Assembly (NCBI GenBank): GCA_046563655.1
Contig: CM102286.1
Location: 6,634,001 to 6,698,000 of the forward strand
Direction: 5' to 3'
Source: Yuukianura sp. NJ FZ-2021
Taxonomy: Eukaryota
Length of the DNA: 64,000 nt
Below are positions 47,101 to 56,000 of this stretch, piece after piece. The position numbers and the translations under genes are program-made. Positions within the stretch are counted from its first letter, which is position 1; the number at the start of each line of letters is the position of its first letter. A model generated the notes under the pieces. It worked only from the letters and a program-made list of their open reading frames with translations. It was not told the origin of the DNA and ran no database searches.

Positions 47101-47140
47101 GTCAAGTCAAGGAACCCTTCCGAAAGAAAGCAGAATCTAA
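8144..47140 (+). CDS. Sidestep/nephrin-like Ig-superfamily receptor (5 Ig + FN3 + TM + cytoplasmic tail), multi-exon; signal-peptide exon not located
   Basis: Phase-compatible GT-AG exons: 8144-8273, 13626-13825, 16535-16642, 20259-20462, 39858-40009, 40531-40678, 41479-41609, 42672-42831, 44276-44736, 44871-45006, 45093-45344 (TM, NPDVIP), and probably 45996-46063 and 47051-47140 (ends ...KESRI*). Motifs LPCDV...VLWF, DEGVYRCRVDFKNSPTRN, GGRPKPRVNW, EGADVYFECIVKSNP and DFGTLSCWGANPIG are typical of arthropod Side proteins. Confidence 0.9.
20953..21006 (+). repeat. Left terminal inverted repeat
   Basis: AGTAGTTAGATAGTGTAGGACTCCACATCATTTATTTTTAGCACCATCGTAGGG is the exact reverse complement of 37708-37761. 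Confidence 0.97.
21050..21165. repeat. Subterminal tandem repeat, 4 A-rich ~28-bp units with AAAATGTCGACAAAA core
   Basis: Cores at ~21062, ~21088, ~21117 and ~21145. The TGTCGACA core is palindromic (first copy TGTCGGCA). Confidence 0.8.
21204..21345 (+). ncRNA. Putative Pol III tRNA-like hairpin RNA (VA-RNA/TMER-like)
   Basis: A-box-like TAGCCTAGTGTC at 21215-21226, B-box-like GGTTCGAATAC at 21259-21269, acceptor-like stem TTGACTC/GGGTCAA. A 42-bp stem 21204-21245/21293-21334 has 5 G-U pairs. T7 run at 21339-21345. Confidence 0.5.
21601..22413 (+). CDS. F-box-like protein A (270 aa), paralog of 36529-37281
   Basis: N-terminal FERLPYLVYVEIFSNLD...LIKAFP matches the F-box pattern. Basic NLS-like N-terminus and coiled-coil-like C-terminus. 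Confidence 0.7.
   Translation: MSKRAALPITTESKRQRTEVSDFERLPYLVYVEIFSNLDAISGAQLIKAFPQFSSLLKPKILSFYKKVSQYAKYVITFERDLNAFKSWQQLAGRKLFLRVLSKLKNFPIARSLTVESFIAELARSGSVDLEYEIFREYSLEELMLMTNKFDFQRRAGNDLYIEVKHRNCTVFGRLETLETLDMLWDIFHKSENQMLQDLIGQAQKEQNDLQDAMEKKEASEAYKTKKQELQRWICNRKKFKKRHCFKLKLSAYHRLKALQRLEQAQKHCK
22598..22840. repeat. Degenerate ~102-bp tandem repeat (about 3 copies) upstream of ORF 22939
   Basis: CTATA(A/T)TTGGGAAAAGGGT...GTTGAAAATCGTTTTGA...TTGTCCGTTTAAT at ~22598 and ~22700, with a partial copy at ~22803. Confidence 0.7.
22939..23364 (+). CDS. Hypothetical Polinton protein (141 aa)
   Basis: Clean ORF with ACAATGG start context, upstream GATAAAA plus TCAGT initiator-like motif, and downstream AATAAA. 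No family recognised. Confidence 0.65.
   Translation: MVEAYAAGFVSKTLEDRVKCWWKQEEDGEYKVFIKKDRYYTTVEMKEIPFIVSKLILFFLSTGNPVSELPNFELLLLDCKQRYADKGQQAKKPKMDIVAEAMSKAVWNRKSPSLKPRLNAIPEEDSDEVEGKYWIDSDSKF
23479..24207 (+). CDS. Minor capsid protein (penton, Polinton PX-like); likely start 23503
   Basis: Hallmarks FYVTLQSDSS..YPENTITNF...YEVAL, LFIYCSIIENQRVG..LAPLLR and terminal TLHFRR. Confidence 0.88.
   Translation: MFSLKRAAMGDFYVTLQSDSSSNHYPENTITNFRNHFAESIRLDGVKYEVALVECTYVHHEYMLHKEGWLRQVGNGSFFDVLSISSEDAALIRTADDLANRVSDKFVQIEIKNSKARFVKKPTKSFVRFNEEATKILGYDERKQSFDYEVFEPSGHTQLFIYCSIIENQRVGGDLAPLLRKISNTGDHKKVVTRSFQHLQYVDVVFDDIDHIWMYIMTESGDPPAFTVGTFSATLHFRRKRY
24274..24702 (+). CDS. Putative virion core/membrane-active precursor (142 aa)
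   Basis: QRGHG-IGGIFGSIFRKVLP amphipathic helix, then QSGSG followed by an Arg/Lys-rich tail. Sits directly upstream of the MCP as in other Polintons. Confidence 0.75.
   Translation: MYKCNLSEEDFFRIYNPQRGGAVGSDGAVFFKANQFRQRGHGIGGIFGSIFRKVLPYVTKYLMPHAKTAVAGIASDVIGGKKSVKEAISEHGSTAWKGVLKGVTDGILSTQSGSGRSRKRKQKRRARAAPKKKKPRNIFEEQ
24699..26000 (+). CDS. Major capsid protein (double jelly-roll, Polinton PY/hexon-like)
   Basis: 433 aa. Motifs YVDLSETLLYV, PVNNFLHSLFQQ, YPYRAYIETVL, YLLPGIDIRV, LLPDRIILCLV and NPFDF. Confidence 0.93.
   Translation: MSSKHAPHPEVVRSETDIFSEPEMDVSLQSSGMFEYHPLSALSENGGPISFQVKGNDVHYVDLSETLLYVRCNISKANGDKLDDRATMRIAPVNNFLHSLFQQCSVFLNETQITPTMSLYPYRAYIETVLAYGGDYKDTQAVTALYLRDEENLSDTDSSHKKRQELAAKGLDMIGRPFADIFAQTRYLLPGIDIRVTFNRSTEEFALHSQADNTNRYKINISEARLLVKKHTLLPNILNCHLKMWANGQPACYPMRRIEMKTYSLPLGTVSNVNENLINGLLPDRIILCLVQSEKMNGTLTTNPFDFKPPELRQISVTANGEQLYHQVYQYNSDGDVRVSEAYYGMFSGLGLCASNEGPAISLSEFTNGKAFFIFNLRNMNQGYCPPRHGSIKIVVQFAKPTTEAWNVVCHADFQSTLYIDEGKNVFFKDYSH
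26000..26524 (+). CDS. Adenain-like (clan CE) maturation cysteine protease
   Basis: Motifs VVNN...PGEHWVAIY, FFCSYG (usual FDSYG position) and LQ...SNVCGQY. Confidence 0.9.
   Translation: MDTTQIYKFLSNMTRGSRAYFNVIPCDLLEKLTIAHFPAYLVVNNKPSDHPGEHWVAIYIGGRTGPIIFFCSYGLGLDFYPIDFRNFVNKFSCKILENTRPLQALDSNVCGQYAIYFLYKMMHGCCILSTYCHFSPNRQLNDKKVQKFVILKNPLLNSNCKFKHKIINQCCTKL
26550..27212 (-). CDS. Hypothetical Polinton protein (220 aa)
   Basis: Long clean ORF with N-terminal coiled coil, Pro-rich linker and basic C-terminus. Starts 2 nt after the stop of the 111-aa ORF. Confidence 0.75.
   Translation of the reverse strand: MPTKYKVISDEDFERLMSQTSKPTEVGRLEIEKNQLLNIKDSEEIQNKLLQDVLRRLADKKKREKTESLVKSVTEPPVDVPSVDTPPSPSPVEKFDFGGRTRLGVHLLQFFIDNGTTLASGIVNFDGGSLPISTFDSILKKLSNGRCKISKDELEPIKNFLTSKRFPLSILPKTHLHLFTEDDSDVSTNGKNRKSMHKSRKRARMDDSFLEEWKTPPNWK
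27215..27550 (-). CDS. Small basic Polinton protein with C-terminal QQGG-FLPLLLG amphipathic peptide (111 aa)
   Basis: IRAICECAHNVYNG and QQGGFLPLLLGAAIPVLGELL resemble a conserved small Polinton ORF. Confidence 0.8.
   Translation of the reverse strand: MAGSKINKHLNFLKNLNSRSEKKRALHLNSASPEQIRAICECAHNVYNGRLAIPAKAIKRLIPHKDHIRRLISRKGKADHKRRLLVQQGGFLPLLLGAAIPVLGELLGKLL
27616..28613 (+). CDS. Retroviral-like (rve) integrase, 2 exons (27616-27881, 27953-28613), 308 aa
   Basis: DDE triad in CADL, VDKGSEF and IVERFIRTL. Also YNHAYHRSIKM and FEKGY. A phase-2 GT-AG intron restores NKKR|YLLVVIDAFSK. Confidence 0.93.
28638..28814 (+). CDS. Small Cys-rich ORF (58 aa) ending in VTEL
   Basis: AACATG start 24 nt after the integrase stop. 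Sequence MCFFKLCEYFLTKMFGNKEDPSISVCDDNKISCMCCSTTARRGSTKKQHTKTILVTEL*, with AATAAA downstream. Below the ORF-track cutoff. Confidence 0.45.
   Translation: MCFFKLCEYFLTKMFGNKEDPSISVCDDNKISCMCCSTTARRGSTKKQHTKTILVTEL
28899..29747 (-). CDS. A32/FtsK-like genome packaging ATPase with degenerate N-terminal zinc finger
   Basis: Walker A GMTNTGKS, Walker B MVLDD, plus SHHRNVSLIILVQN and PYGYLLIDL. Confidence 0.93.
   Translation of the reverse strand: MRVYSVCGKLFSRSDVAKRHEKTCFNCFSRSPTAAAAISWQVPAIGEVSPTTGRSPTAAATLLQHPRSGDDIDLQLVAPFTMCVSGMTNTGKSTLVKEILIRRNEVVKTSIGIANVTYCYTEWQSALFGELKNKIPGIQFVHGLPEKWHDGTDRPSIMVLDDLMHEAGKKGDVGAAFTRTSHHRNVSLIILVQNFFHKNLREITLNCQYLVLMKNPRDSAFVSCLGRQMNGGKKNATMDLAYKESMAKPYGYLLIDLTQSQKDDYRIRSSIFPENCYVYVNE
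29884..34324 (-). CDS. Protein-primed family B DNA polymerase (pPolB), 4 exons, 1401 aa
   Basis: Exons 34324-31594, 31513-31392, 31311-30513 and 30437-29884 total 4206 nt in frame. Exonuclease motifs YADFE, HNFSSYD and YVRLDV. Polymerase motifs SIRG|G, DANNLY|G, KLLNNSAFGK, YTDT|DS and KAKG. N-terminal 2x C2H2 fingers, a CFLWSV...HF OTU-like segment, and an HNH/endonuclease VII-like insertion (CCFC...VRHHTH...AHQFCNL). Confidence 0.96.
34785..36227 (+). CDS. 4-exon gene (413 aa) with C-terminal Ulp1/SENP-like clan CE protease domain
   Basis: Exons 34785-35086, 35156-35507, 35575-35852 and 35918-36227 total 1242 nt in frame with GT-AG introns. The spliced product reads ILILTVKLPGHILLVAVDIPQWKGYIYDT...GPDNNCARIAAH, giving His-Asp-Cys in Ulp1 order. 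Confidence 0.7.
36529..37281 (-). CDS. F-box-like protein B (250 aa), paralog of 21601-22413
   Basis: FDQLPYLCQLEIFANLD...LAKVFP. Collinear similarity to protein A (FPIGRLLSVKNF vs FPIARSLTVESF; FQRWIRRRKAFKK vs LQRWICNRKKFKK). A small extra 3' exon at 36436-36381 is possible. Confidence 0.7.
   Translation of the reverse strand: MAKQFEFDQLPYLCQLEIFANLDRSSALELAKVFPSSLNILKPMLERMGAKVAEYTTHVISVGETHIVHFEFDKKQMFKVVLSGLKRFPIGRLLSVKNFLTAIAPHRISVESAIFKNCSIEELLPLVEKFDFERGIFRDDIVISITPRRYGCRYETYQALGSIEGAQHGGERNPELQRLTVESSIEFDKELDESRRKYQLKMRKEKLQRLREDKFQRWIRRRKAFKKSTAFLKSNMYHRREALRLWDRSN
37525..37691. repeat. Right subterminal 71-bp-period direct repeat (2 copies) and perfect 26-bp palindrome
   Basis: Copies start at 37525 and 37596. 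Palindrome TAATTGTCAATTATAATTGACAATTA at 37666-37691. Confidence 0.9.
37708..37761 (-). repeat. Right terminal inverted repeat
   Basis: Reverse complement of 20953-21006, ending ACTACT and followed by the TSD GCACA. Confidence 0.97.
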
Positions 47141-50005
47141 GTTTCTATTTCTTGTGAAACTTTGAAACGTTTCCATAAATTATCCTCACATTTATGTACT
47201 TGTGTCGCAAAATCTTTTGTCACTAAAAATGCGATCCTAAATATGATCTAGCGGTAATTTCAGTGTTCTTCAAATGTTCAAAAGTTTTGTACACTCATTA
47301 TTAACCAAATATTCAATGACTTATATTGGACAAAAAATAACTCATTTTATACATAACAGTTGGTTATATTCATATAACGGGTTTTCACTTCTTCATTTAA
47401 TAAACTAATTAAACTATTACTGTATTAAAATTTGGCAAATAAATAATCCACTATTCGATATTGTATTTAACTCCAATGCAAACTAAAACACAAACAATTT
47501 TCAATGAAACTTATGTCACCTCATCTTGTAACAAATATTTTTGCCAAGAAATTGTGTTTTTTTTTTGACAGCAATAAATATTTTTGGAAAAATAATTCTG
47601 CATTGAATTCGAGCAAAATAATATAAAATCTACGGAAATCTTTTTTTTTAACAAAATTATTGTTTTTTACAGCTTGTAGCAATGAAAGTCCATGTAAAAT
47701 TTAAAATCACGCACCTGTAATAACTTACTACCGCAAAAACAACAAAGTTTGCTTACACATTCTGAAATTGGATTTGTTCTTGTGTGGCGGAAGTCATTTT
47801 TTGGTAAAACGAAGACAAAAGCGTAGAAAAATAAGTGGAGTGTGTCCTGAGGGAATTGTGTAAGAATGTAAGCATCCCGGAGGACATCTCCAATTTCTAT
47901 TTCAACTCGTTCTTCTTGCTCATACACCATCAGCAGTCAACTACATATCTGTCTCTGCAGCTCTACGGCTCGTTTCATGAAGAAAAACTGTTTTCTCTGT
48001 CACTATGTCGGCAAGTGGGTTGCAACATTTTGAGACCGTCTGTCTGCCGTGTTAAGTTGGAATTGAATGGGGAAGCGAGAAAGTGAGGATTAAGGCAGAG
48101 AAAGTCGTTTCTCTCTGCTGTTTGTTGACATGGTTTTAGATGTGGATTAATGTATAATCTTCCGCTAGGCAGGTCGTCTTGTGCCAGTCTTGTGTCAGGT
48201 TGCCGTCTGCCTTCTTAGCTCAAACCTTCTATTCTCGGTTGGTCTACAAGTATGAGGCGGTTTATGTTGACTCGTGCAAAAACTCTCTTCAAAATATTTC
48301 GTTACTCTACTTTTCCAATCTGACCGTTTCATAAAGCTCACAGTTCAGCTCCTTTCATATTTCATTTATAGTCACCAACTGCGGATCTGCCTTTAGAATG
48401 CCTTTCAGCAAAACTGAATTTGAGTTGTTTAAAAGATTGACTGTTGTTTACTCTCTAAAAATAATTTGATTTTGAATGGAATTTTTAATTATTGCAATAA
48501 AACCAGCAGATTTTGAGAGTCTAACGTGGGCGCTAGTTTACTAAAATTCAAAATCGTGCTTTTTGGTTAGTATTATACTTTCATACTTCCAAATTTATTA
48601 TGGGGAAATTTAACGCTTGCAGCAGAACGATTGAAATTCAGGTTCCATGCCAAGGTTCCAAAGCGCATTGCACCGAACGGTAAATTGTTCCAAAAATATT
48701 CTTGTATATTAATTTAATCTAACTTCACTTTATAACGCAGCCAAGTGTAATTTCTTGATTGTTAGCCTAGGCAATCTTAACACTATGATTTATAACCTAA
48801 ACTATACTTTATGCTAACCTATGTAATGTGAAATAATTCAATTTCGGACGAAATAGTTTAGCAAAGCAATTTACCTTCCGCATCAATTGGTTCCGTGGCA
48901 ATTCATTCGGAGCAATTCGTTTCGGAGCAATGACGTGCTACAGAAATTGAAGAGTTTTCTGTTTATCTAGTTATCGCATGACTATCGACTGCCCGCTTTT
49001 TTCATTTTTGAAAACGAAATCCATGCCCTTTATTCAAACATGTGCTTGGTCAGTTTCCAACAAATACACGTTGCTACTTTACTGACTTTCAATTTCTCCA
49101 TTTGCATGACCAAGTCTTTTGATCTCCAACTCTAATATCGTTCTCTGTGAAATCAGTGTACGCTCCACCAGTATCAATTTGAATTGTAGTCAATTCTGGC
49201 TTATGCCAAAAAGAAGCACTTATTGAAAACTACAGAACCACGAAACAACAAGCAGTGTCAGAAGCCTCAATTAAACAATGTCCTCAAATATTAAACCAAT
49301 TTACAGCATGTAATAACAGTAATTAATTGTGTCTTTTATCATGATCTTTATTGATGAGCAACGTTAGCCCATACGAAATCAGTGACTAACTTATTTTGGT
49401 TTAGTTACGAGTATCCGTGAAAAAAATTTAATAATGCATTTATACATTTTATGCAATTTTGGATTGACCTTTCTATTATTTTGCACTCTGTTTTTATTAC
49501 AGAACAAAGCAGAATAAAAGAATCTAGGTTGATGAGAGATTAACTAAGGAATTTTGAATGCAATTTTTTAGTCTTGTACTTCACGTTTTTCTCGTATCCA
49601 ACAACTCGACTCTTAACTAAATAGAACAATGCTAACATTCAAACGTTTAATTTTATAGATTTTAAGACAGTTTGGCTTACAGCTACATACATAGTGTACA
49701 TATAGTAGACAAAGAGTTGGACACAAAGGATTGACTGGTTGACATAAATTGTTTCCTCAGGTCTAGGTCGCCCCATATTTTCTGTCGTTATTTAGTGTTT
49801 ACCCAATTTCAGCCCTTAATTAAATTTTTAGGTCTCAGCGAAATATAAAATGCGTTCATGAATAAATAGTGTTTACTTTTGCGGGTTAGTTGAATACGAA
49901 ATGTAAGTTACGGTTGTACTAACAGAACTTTGCTTTAACTTCCCCATTTGCTTTTACTTCCTGTCAGCAACTTACATGGGTATAGTTAATTCCTAATACC
50001 GAACT

Positions 50006-53000
50006 TTATGTTTGAGTATCCACTGTGTGTGTAGTATGTGATCTGAAGTAGAGAATTGCACATACACAGCCAAGCAAAAAGATCAACATGCCAATTACCA
50101 ATAAACCAATCAGCAAAAGTCCATAAGGCCACTGAAGATTTCGGAGCAAAGCTCCGATTCCTTGCTGTGATGAGGCTGCGGACTCGTCGTCCCAATTGGG
50201 CTTTGAAACTGTCAAGTTCATCTCTGTTGCACTCGTGGTACTGGCACTGTCGTCGGTATCTGTTGCAAAATCAAAGAAAAAGAGATCGTTCATAAACAAT
50301 CCCGCCATTTTTGGAAAAACTTATGAACTTATGAAAAAAATTGGACAACATGTACTTCGGCAGTCCTAGTTTTGGAAACTGTAGAGCAGACACATGCAGA
50401 GATGCTCCCTACGATTTCCTGAAGCTAAGTGAATGGAGGGAGGGGATAATGGAACTATTTGACTCCGTTTGCCACTTTCTAAATGAGTTGAGGAAATGAA
50501 GTTGTGTGGATGGGCTTTTGGCATCTCTGCCTCCGCATCAGATCAAAGAAAGTTTTCAAGTCGGAATTTGAGAAGGAGTGAAGATGTGGTTATAATGCTG
50601 CGCTTTTATGACTGGTTTCGAATGTCATGTGGATATTCCCTCTCCTTTTTTGTGCCTGACTTTATGTTTTTTTGTGCGCGATGGAGTGAAAGTGGCGGAG
50701 AGTGAAAGTGGAGAAAGAAATATCTAGTTTCTACTAATGTTTCTTTCCACTTTTCCTTTCAGCCCTAACACCTCTCTCTAGTCGTCTCTACGCATCTTCT
50801 TCAATTCTTGTTACTTTAACTTAAATTTCAAATTAGTAGGTTGTAATTTTTATGAAACAGTCCGGAATTTACAACTAACTTTTGTTCCGAAAGTCAATAG
50901 GAAGGAATTTTAAGAACAAGCTTGATTTTTTCTATTTAGTCAGAGTATGCTGTTTGTCTTGTGCAAAAGAAGCGCAAGACATTGTGTTCATGTGGATAAA
51001 AGATACCCGGTTCCTAATCTGTTCTACTTTTCGCAGGAAAAGTAAAAAGAACGGGAAATCTTGAAGGGGTTCCCAATGAAAGTGAAAGTCCTATTGAGAT
51101 CAATGGGTTGCCGTCTGTGCTCTGTTGCTTCCTTCGGAATCCAAATGGGTTTTAGTAGTTTGGATTCTAAAGTCAATTGGAGTCTGGGAAAAGTAAATGA
51201 CTTCTGGTTCATTATTATTACTCCAAGGTTTATAGCTCCATAATTCGCTGCTGTTTCCTTTCCCTAGAACACATCAATAGAAATTCCATTTGTGTCACAC
51301 CCTATTCGCCTAGAGAAAGTGCTCCAAAGTGAGTCCTGGAATAATATTTGCGTAGCACTTTGAAATTAAAGTAAAAGCCAACTTAACCTAATCTAAGGCA
51401 CATAGAGGAAACTCAGAAACTGTGAAAAATGGAATGAGAGCGTAGTTAAAACCAAGGAGGTTTGGTGAAAAGACGGTGCTAATAAAACCATTTACGGGAA
51501 CCTCCACTGCATTCGCCTAGGTTTCCTCTAATCCTTCCAAATTTATAAAATATGGCGGTAAAATGGCTTGTGTTGATGTGAAAATAAAGGTTGCGTAATA
51601 CGTAATATAATGTTAAAATTGGCCTAGAATAATTCACGGAAAAAATACGACCTACTTATTTTCACGTCATCGTATTTACATGTTAATATTCAAATTTCTC
51701 CACTACTGAGCTTGGCTATATGACTAAAATTAATGGAGAAAAGTTTACAGCGTACTTACGTGGCACAATACGGAATAGGCACGGGGATATTTGTTTGGCA
51801 TATGAGTTTCTTGCCCAGCATCCTACCAAACCATAATCAAGTTGAGATGTGACTCGGTAGAGAAGTCGAGATTGATGAAATATTCGATCAAACTCGACAT
51901 CACTCTCTCCACGTTTACTACTTTTCTTGTTTCTCTCCAATGCTTCTTCCCTAAAGTGTTCCAGATCTTCGGATAGCAACGAAGAGGCTGAATCTGAATT
52001 TTTGGAATCTAATCTCACTTTCGCTCCAAAGGGATTCTGACGATGGGCACTCGCGTCCCTTCTTACTTCGTCCTCTGTTAAGTTCAGTTTTATAATTTGA
52101 CCTACACTTGACAAGGGCAGGATGCCACCGGATCGGTTGAGAGTCCAATAAAAATTTAAATCTGGTGGCCATGCCAGAATACTACAGTTTAGATGACAAG
52201 ATTCACCAACGGCTAATGGAATGACTTCTTCGGTGCTTGAAGAACATTTTGGTGAAACTGTAATTTACACAAAAAAGAGTAGAGGGAGTCGTGGGCTAAG
52301 CAAAGAAACGGGCCTATTAGTTCTAATGTCTCCCTTTACGCGGAATTTATTTGAACGAATTCTTAATAATACTGTTATTTCATATAGAGTTTGCGGTGGG
52401 TAGTTTAGCAAATGACAAGATAAACAAGAGACTGGAATTGAATGAGCTAACTTTATATCGGGAAGTGACGAATTTGGACACCGCTGGAGGCTCTAAAATG
52501 TAATCGCTGAATTGGCAACCACGGAGTCACTTTTTCTGTTGCGACAGAAATTGATTAGCAACAAAGCTTTCATTAATAAAAAAAAAGTGAGAAAAGGAAA
52601 TAAAGCTCGCGGGCATTTTCGCTTGAAACGCTGTGGTTGCGTACAACTTTGAAAAAGTGAACGTGGAAATGACTTTTTAGGTTTACGGAGACAGTGCGTT
52701 CGAAACGTCAGACATCCACTGTTTTAGAGCTAATGTGAACGTAATAAGTCATTTTCTCGTTGTAGTGGTGTGTGGAGGCGTTCTTTCACGGGTAAGAGCA
52801 ATTGTGAAAGTGAGTGAAAGAATTGTGAAGCACACAACTACAGAACTTGTGACAGTGAGTTAAGTAATTTGGCCGTCCACACTCTTAGGAACTGTTGAAG
52901 GTTATTGGCACTTCCTTCCAATTATTTCTTCCCACGGGTCCATAATCGTAAAATTTTGTCACTCGGGAGAACTGCCAATTACATTGCTACGCAGTCCGCA

Positions 53001-56000
53001 ATTAACACACGGAAACTCGCCTGTTAATCCCAGTTTCAGAAGGGAAGTTACAGTACTGCAACGCACAAATTGTGAGAACTGAACTGAATGATCGTAAGTT
53101 CACGTTACATGTTGCAACAATGTAACACGATTAGCGCTCTGCATCATTTCAAATAGCATATTTACTAAAAACTTGATTTTTCGCACTGATATGATATGAA
53201 TTTTTCTGAACACGTTCAGCAATTGGAAAAAATGTTGTTTTATTTTGTTGAACTACGAAAAGAAAAAATTCGTATCGTTCCACTTATCTACATAGAAATG
53301 GCGTTGATGTTTTTATTCTTGACGTACCAACGTAAATTTTACAATGTTGCTTTTAAAATTATTTTTCGCTAATTTCGAAACAAAATGGAGTTTATTTTAA
53401 ATACTTTTAAAATTGGCTTCCTAACAACTTGTAGTTGACCTTTTACAAATCGCACAAAATGCAAACAAGCGAAATGTAATGGTAGTCATTAAAGTAGTTT
53501 TCAAAACGTGCAGCTCTTGTGCAGGAGACTCGCGTAATAAACAGGTCTCTCTTGCAATAGAGAGACCCTGACTCCTAACCTAACTGCATAGCACAACGGC
53601 TTAGGAATTCGGATTCAGTCTATGTGTTTGTTGGTTCCAATCTTCCAGAGATCGAGAGCATATTTTTTGTTCAAATTTAATCTGGACGTCGGAAATCTAA
53701 TGTGACACCTTGTCATCCTGTCCACGTATTTCCAATAAAAGGAAATTGTTTTCTACTGGAACGACTAGCGTATGGTCTTTGACAAGATCCATAAGCATAA
53801 AACTAAAGTAAACCTAAAGTTGAATGGATTCGATGTGAATTTCTAGGTAATTTCAATCTTATGGAGTTGGAACAAAAGGTAATACGCTTTCAACGTCCAT
53901 TGCCTTGTATAAAACCTTTTTACAGGTTGTGCGTGTGTACTTTACAATTTCCATTCACTTTCATAGAGGAGGAGGCAGAGAAATCCGATCCAGCTTTCTC
54001 TCACAGAAATTGTAACGTTCAACTCTAAAGGGCGAGTGCTGCTGATTTTTAGTTTACGGATACGGTGCAAAATATATCAGTTTTTCAAATGTAAAAAATT
54101 CTTCGTTTTCCGGGAATCTTTGAAAAATTATGCCTTCCTACAAACACACGCCTGGAGGATTGAAAAATATATTTTCAAAAATCGTGTACACTTACTGCTC
54201 AGTTGAAGCCGAAGGGTATTGCTTCTCTTTTTACCAACTTTGTTGGATACTTCGCAAGCGTAGCCCCCGGCTGATGCGTACGTTAAGTAACGCAGAACTA
54301 GTGTCATGCCGTTTAAATGGATTCCAGCAGCGATGTTGTCAGTCAATTGCTTCCCCTGTCAAAACGTCAGATCGTGTTCAAATTATTCTTCATCTAGAAA
54401 TGTTCCTTTCTTTACAGCTAAAAAATAATTAATCATAGGAAACAAAATGTCTCATCTCGCAATCCAAATTATACAGAAGTGAACGAATTCTGTTGTAACT
54501 TTTTGGGTCGTAAATTGAAATGTTTTGTGCTTCTGTTCATGTGACAGTCCATTCAGTAGTTGATCCAGAACTTTCTCCGAAGTTACAAGTTGCTTTTTTC
54601 GAACCAAATGAGAACGAATCTAAAATTGAGCATGTTTGGATTTTGTCGCAACAATTGAAATAAACTAGTTTTTTTTTTGTTCCTGTCATCCATCAGAGCA
54701 AGAATGAATGAGAGCATTGATTCATTCGTTGGTGAAAGCATATTGCTCCACTCCAGTCCATTGTAACTCCCTTCCCCTGTTGATCTCAGTCGTCGAAAGA
54801 ACAAGAGCGGAAAATCCATTCATTCGCAATGCATGGGGAAAGACATGAAAACGTTTCGCTGTTTGTAGTCTTCAAAAGCGACAAAAACCACCACAAGGCA
54901 AGGTCCTTTGAGTATAAGCATTCATGAGTCCTCTTCCAAGCCTGATCTACATGCAATTCTCTTGTTTGTGCCAAATCGATAAACTGTCAAAGTTCAAAGG
55001 AAAACAAACATGGGGTATAGTGAATTTAAGAGATTCTATTAACAGACGTGCCATCGAAATAACTGGGCGGGAATCCGCTTATATGGCGTCGTTTCCAATG
55101 CAAATGTGCATGCAATCAAAGACGAAAGAAATTGAAAAGGAAATGATTTTGTTTGAGATGGAGATGATAGGATTTGAAGTTGGCGCTCTCTTCAGAAGTG
55201 AGTCAGTTCCTCGTGTAACTCCTTTTGTGCATACTTTCACTACTATTCCTTGTGTCCCAGTTCCTTTTAATTGCAAAAACTAAAACGAATGTATATTACC
55301 TTGTGGAACCACGTTATTGAATGCAGTGGTGGATTTGCCTTTGCATGGCATTCGAGAAGGACGGATTCACCTTCAGAAAAGTTCCCACGAGCAGTGGAGC
55401 CGAATCGCAAAACTGAAACCGGGGTATCTGGAAAATATAAATTTTGGTTTGATTTGAATGGGTGGATTTTAACATGATTTGATATGATTAACTTTTAATT
55501 TCAACTCTCTGTCTCTAGGCTAAAGTGTCATATGATGATAACGGAATTTCAACATTTCCTGAATGAGTATTCGGTGCCGAAAGGATTTCCAAAACTCATC
55601 AAACTAATACGTCTATTTACACTCTAAGCCTCCTTACTCTGAGGGAAAATTAGAATTTGAAACTAATCCCCGAGGACATGTATGAATGAATTTGATTTTG
55701 GAGTAAATATTACAAAACTCGAGCTTATCACTTGCCATCAGAGTCAAAGTTTAATTAGAAAAACAGCAATCTTATTATACAACTAATGCATAGCTCTATA
55801 CGTCAGTAGGTCATCTGTAAATTTTCGGCATACATTGGGTCAAAATGGCGTAGGAAACCGTTACCCAAGTCTACTACATATCTAATCTACATATAACCTA
55901 ACTACATATCTGGAATTCATTCGGGTACTTAAATGCAACATGTAGATTACGTACAATGCCTGGGAAAATACAGAATTTAATTCAATGTGAACTTACATAC

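Noticed and set aside
48640..48945. Possible degenerate MITE with TTCGGAGCAAT subrepeats (similar motif near 61800)
   Set aside because: No convincing TIR pair or TSD could be defined by eye.
53542..53585. Short hairpin CAGGTCTCTCT...AGAGAGACCCTG followed by CCTAACCTAAC (Helitron/Helentron-like end)
   Set aside because: No matching other terminus or second copy in the window.
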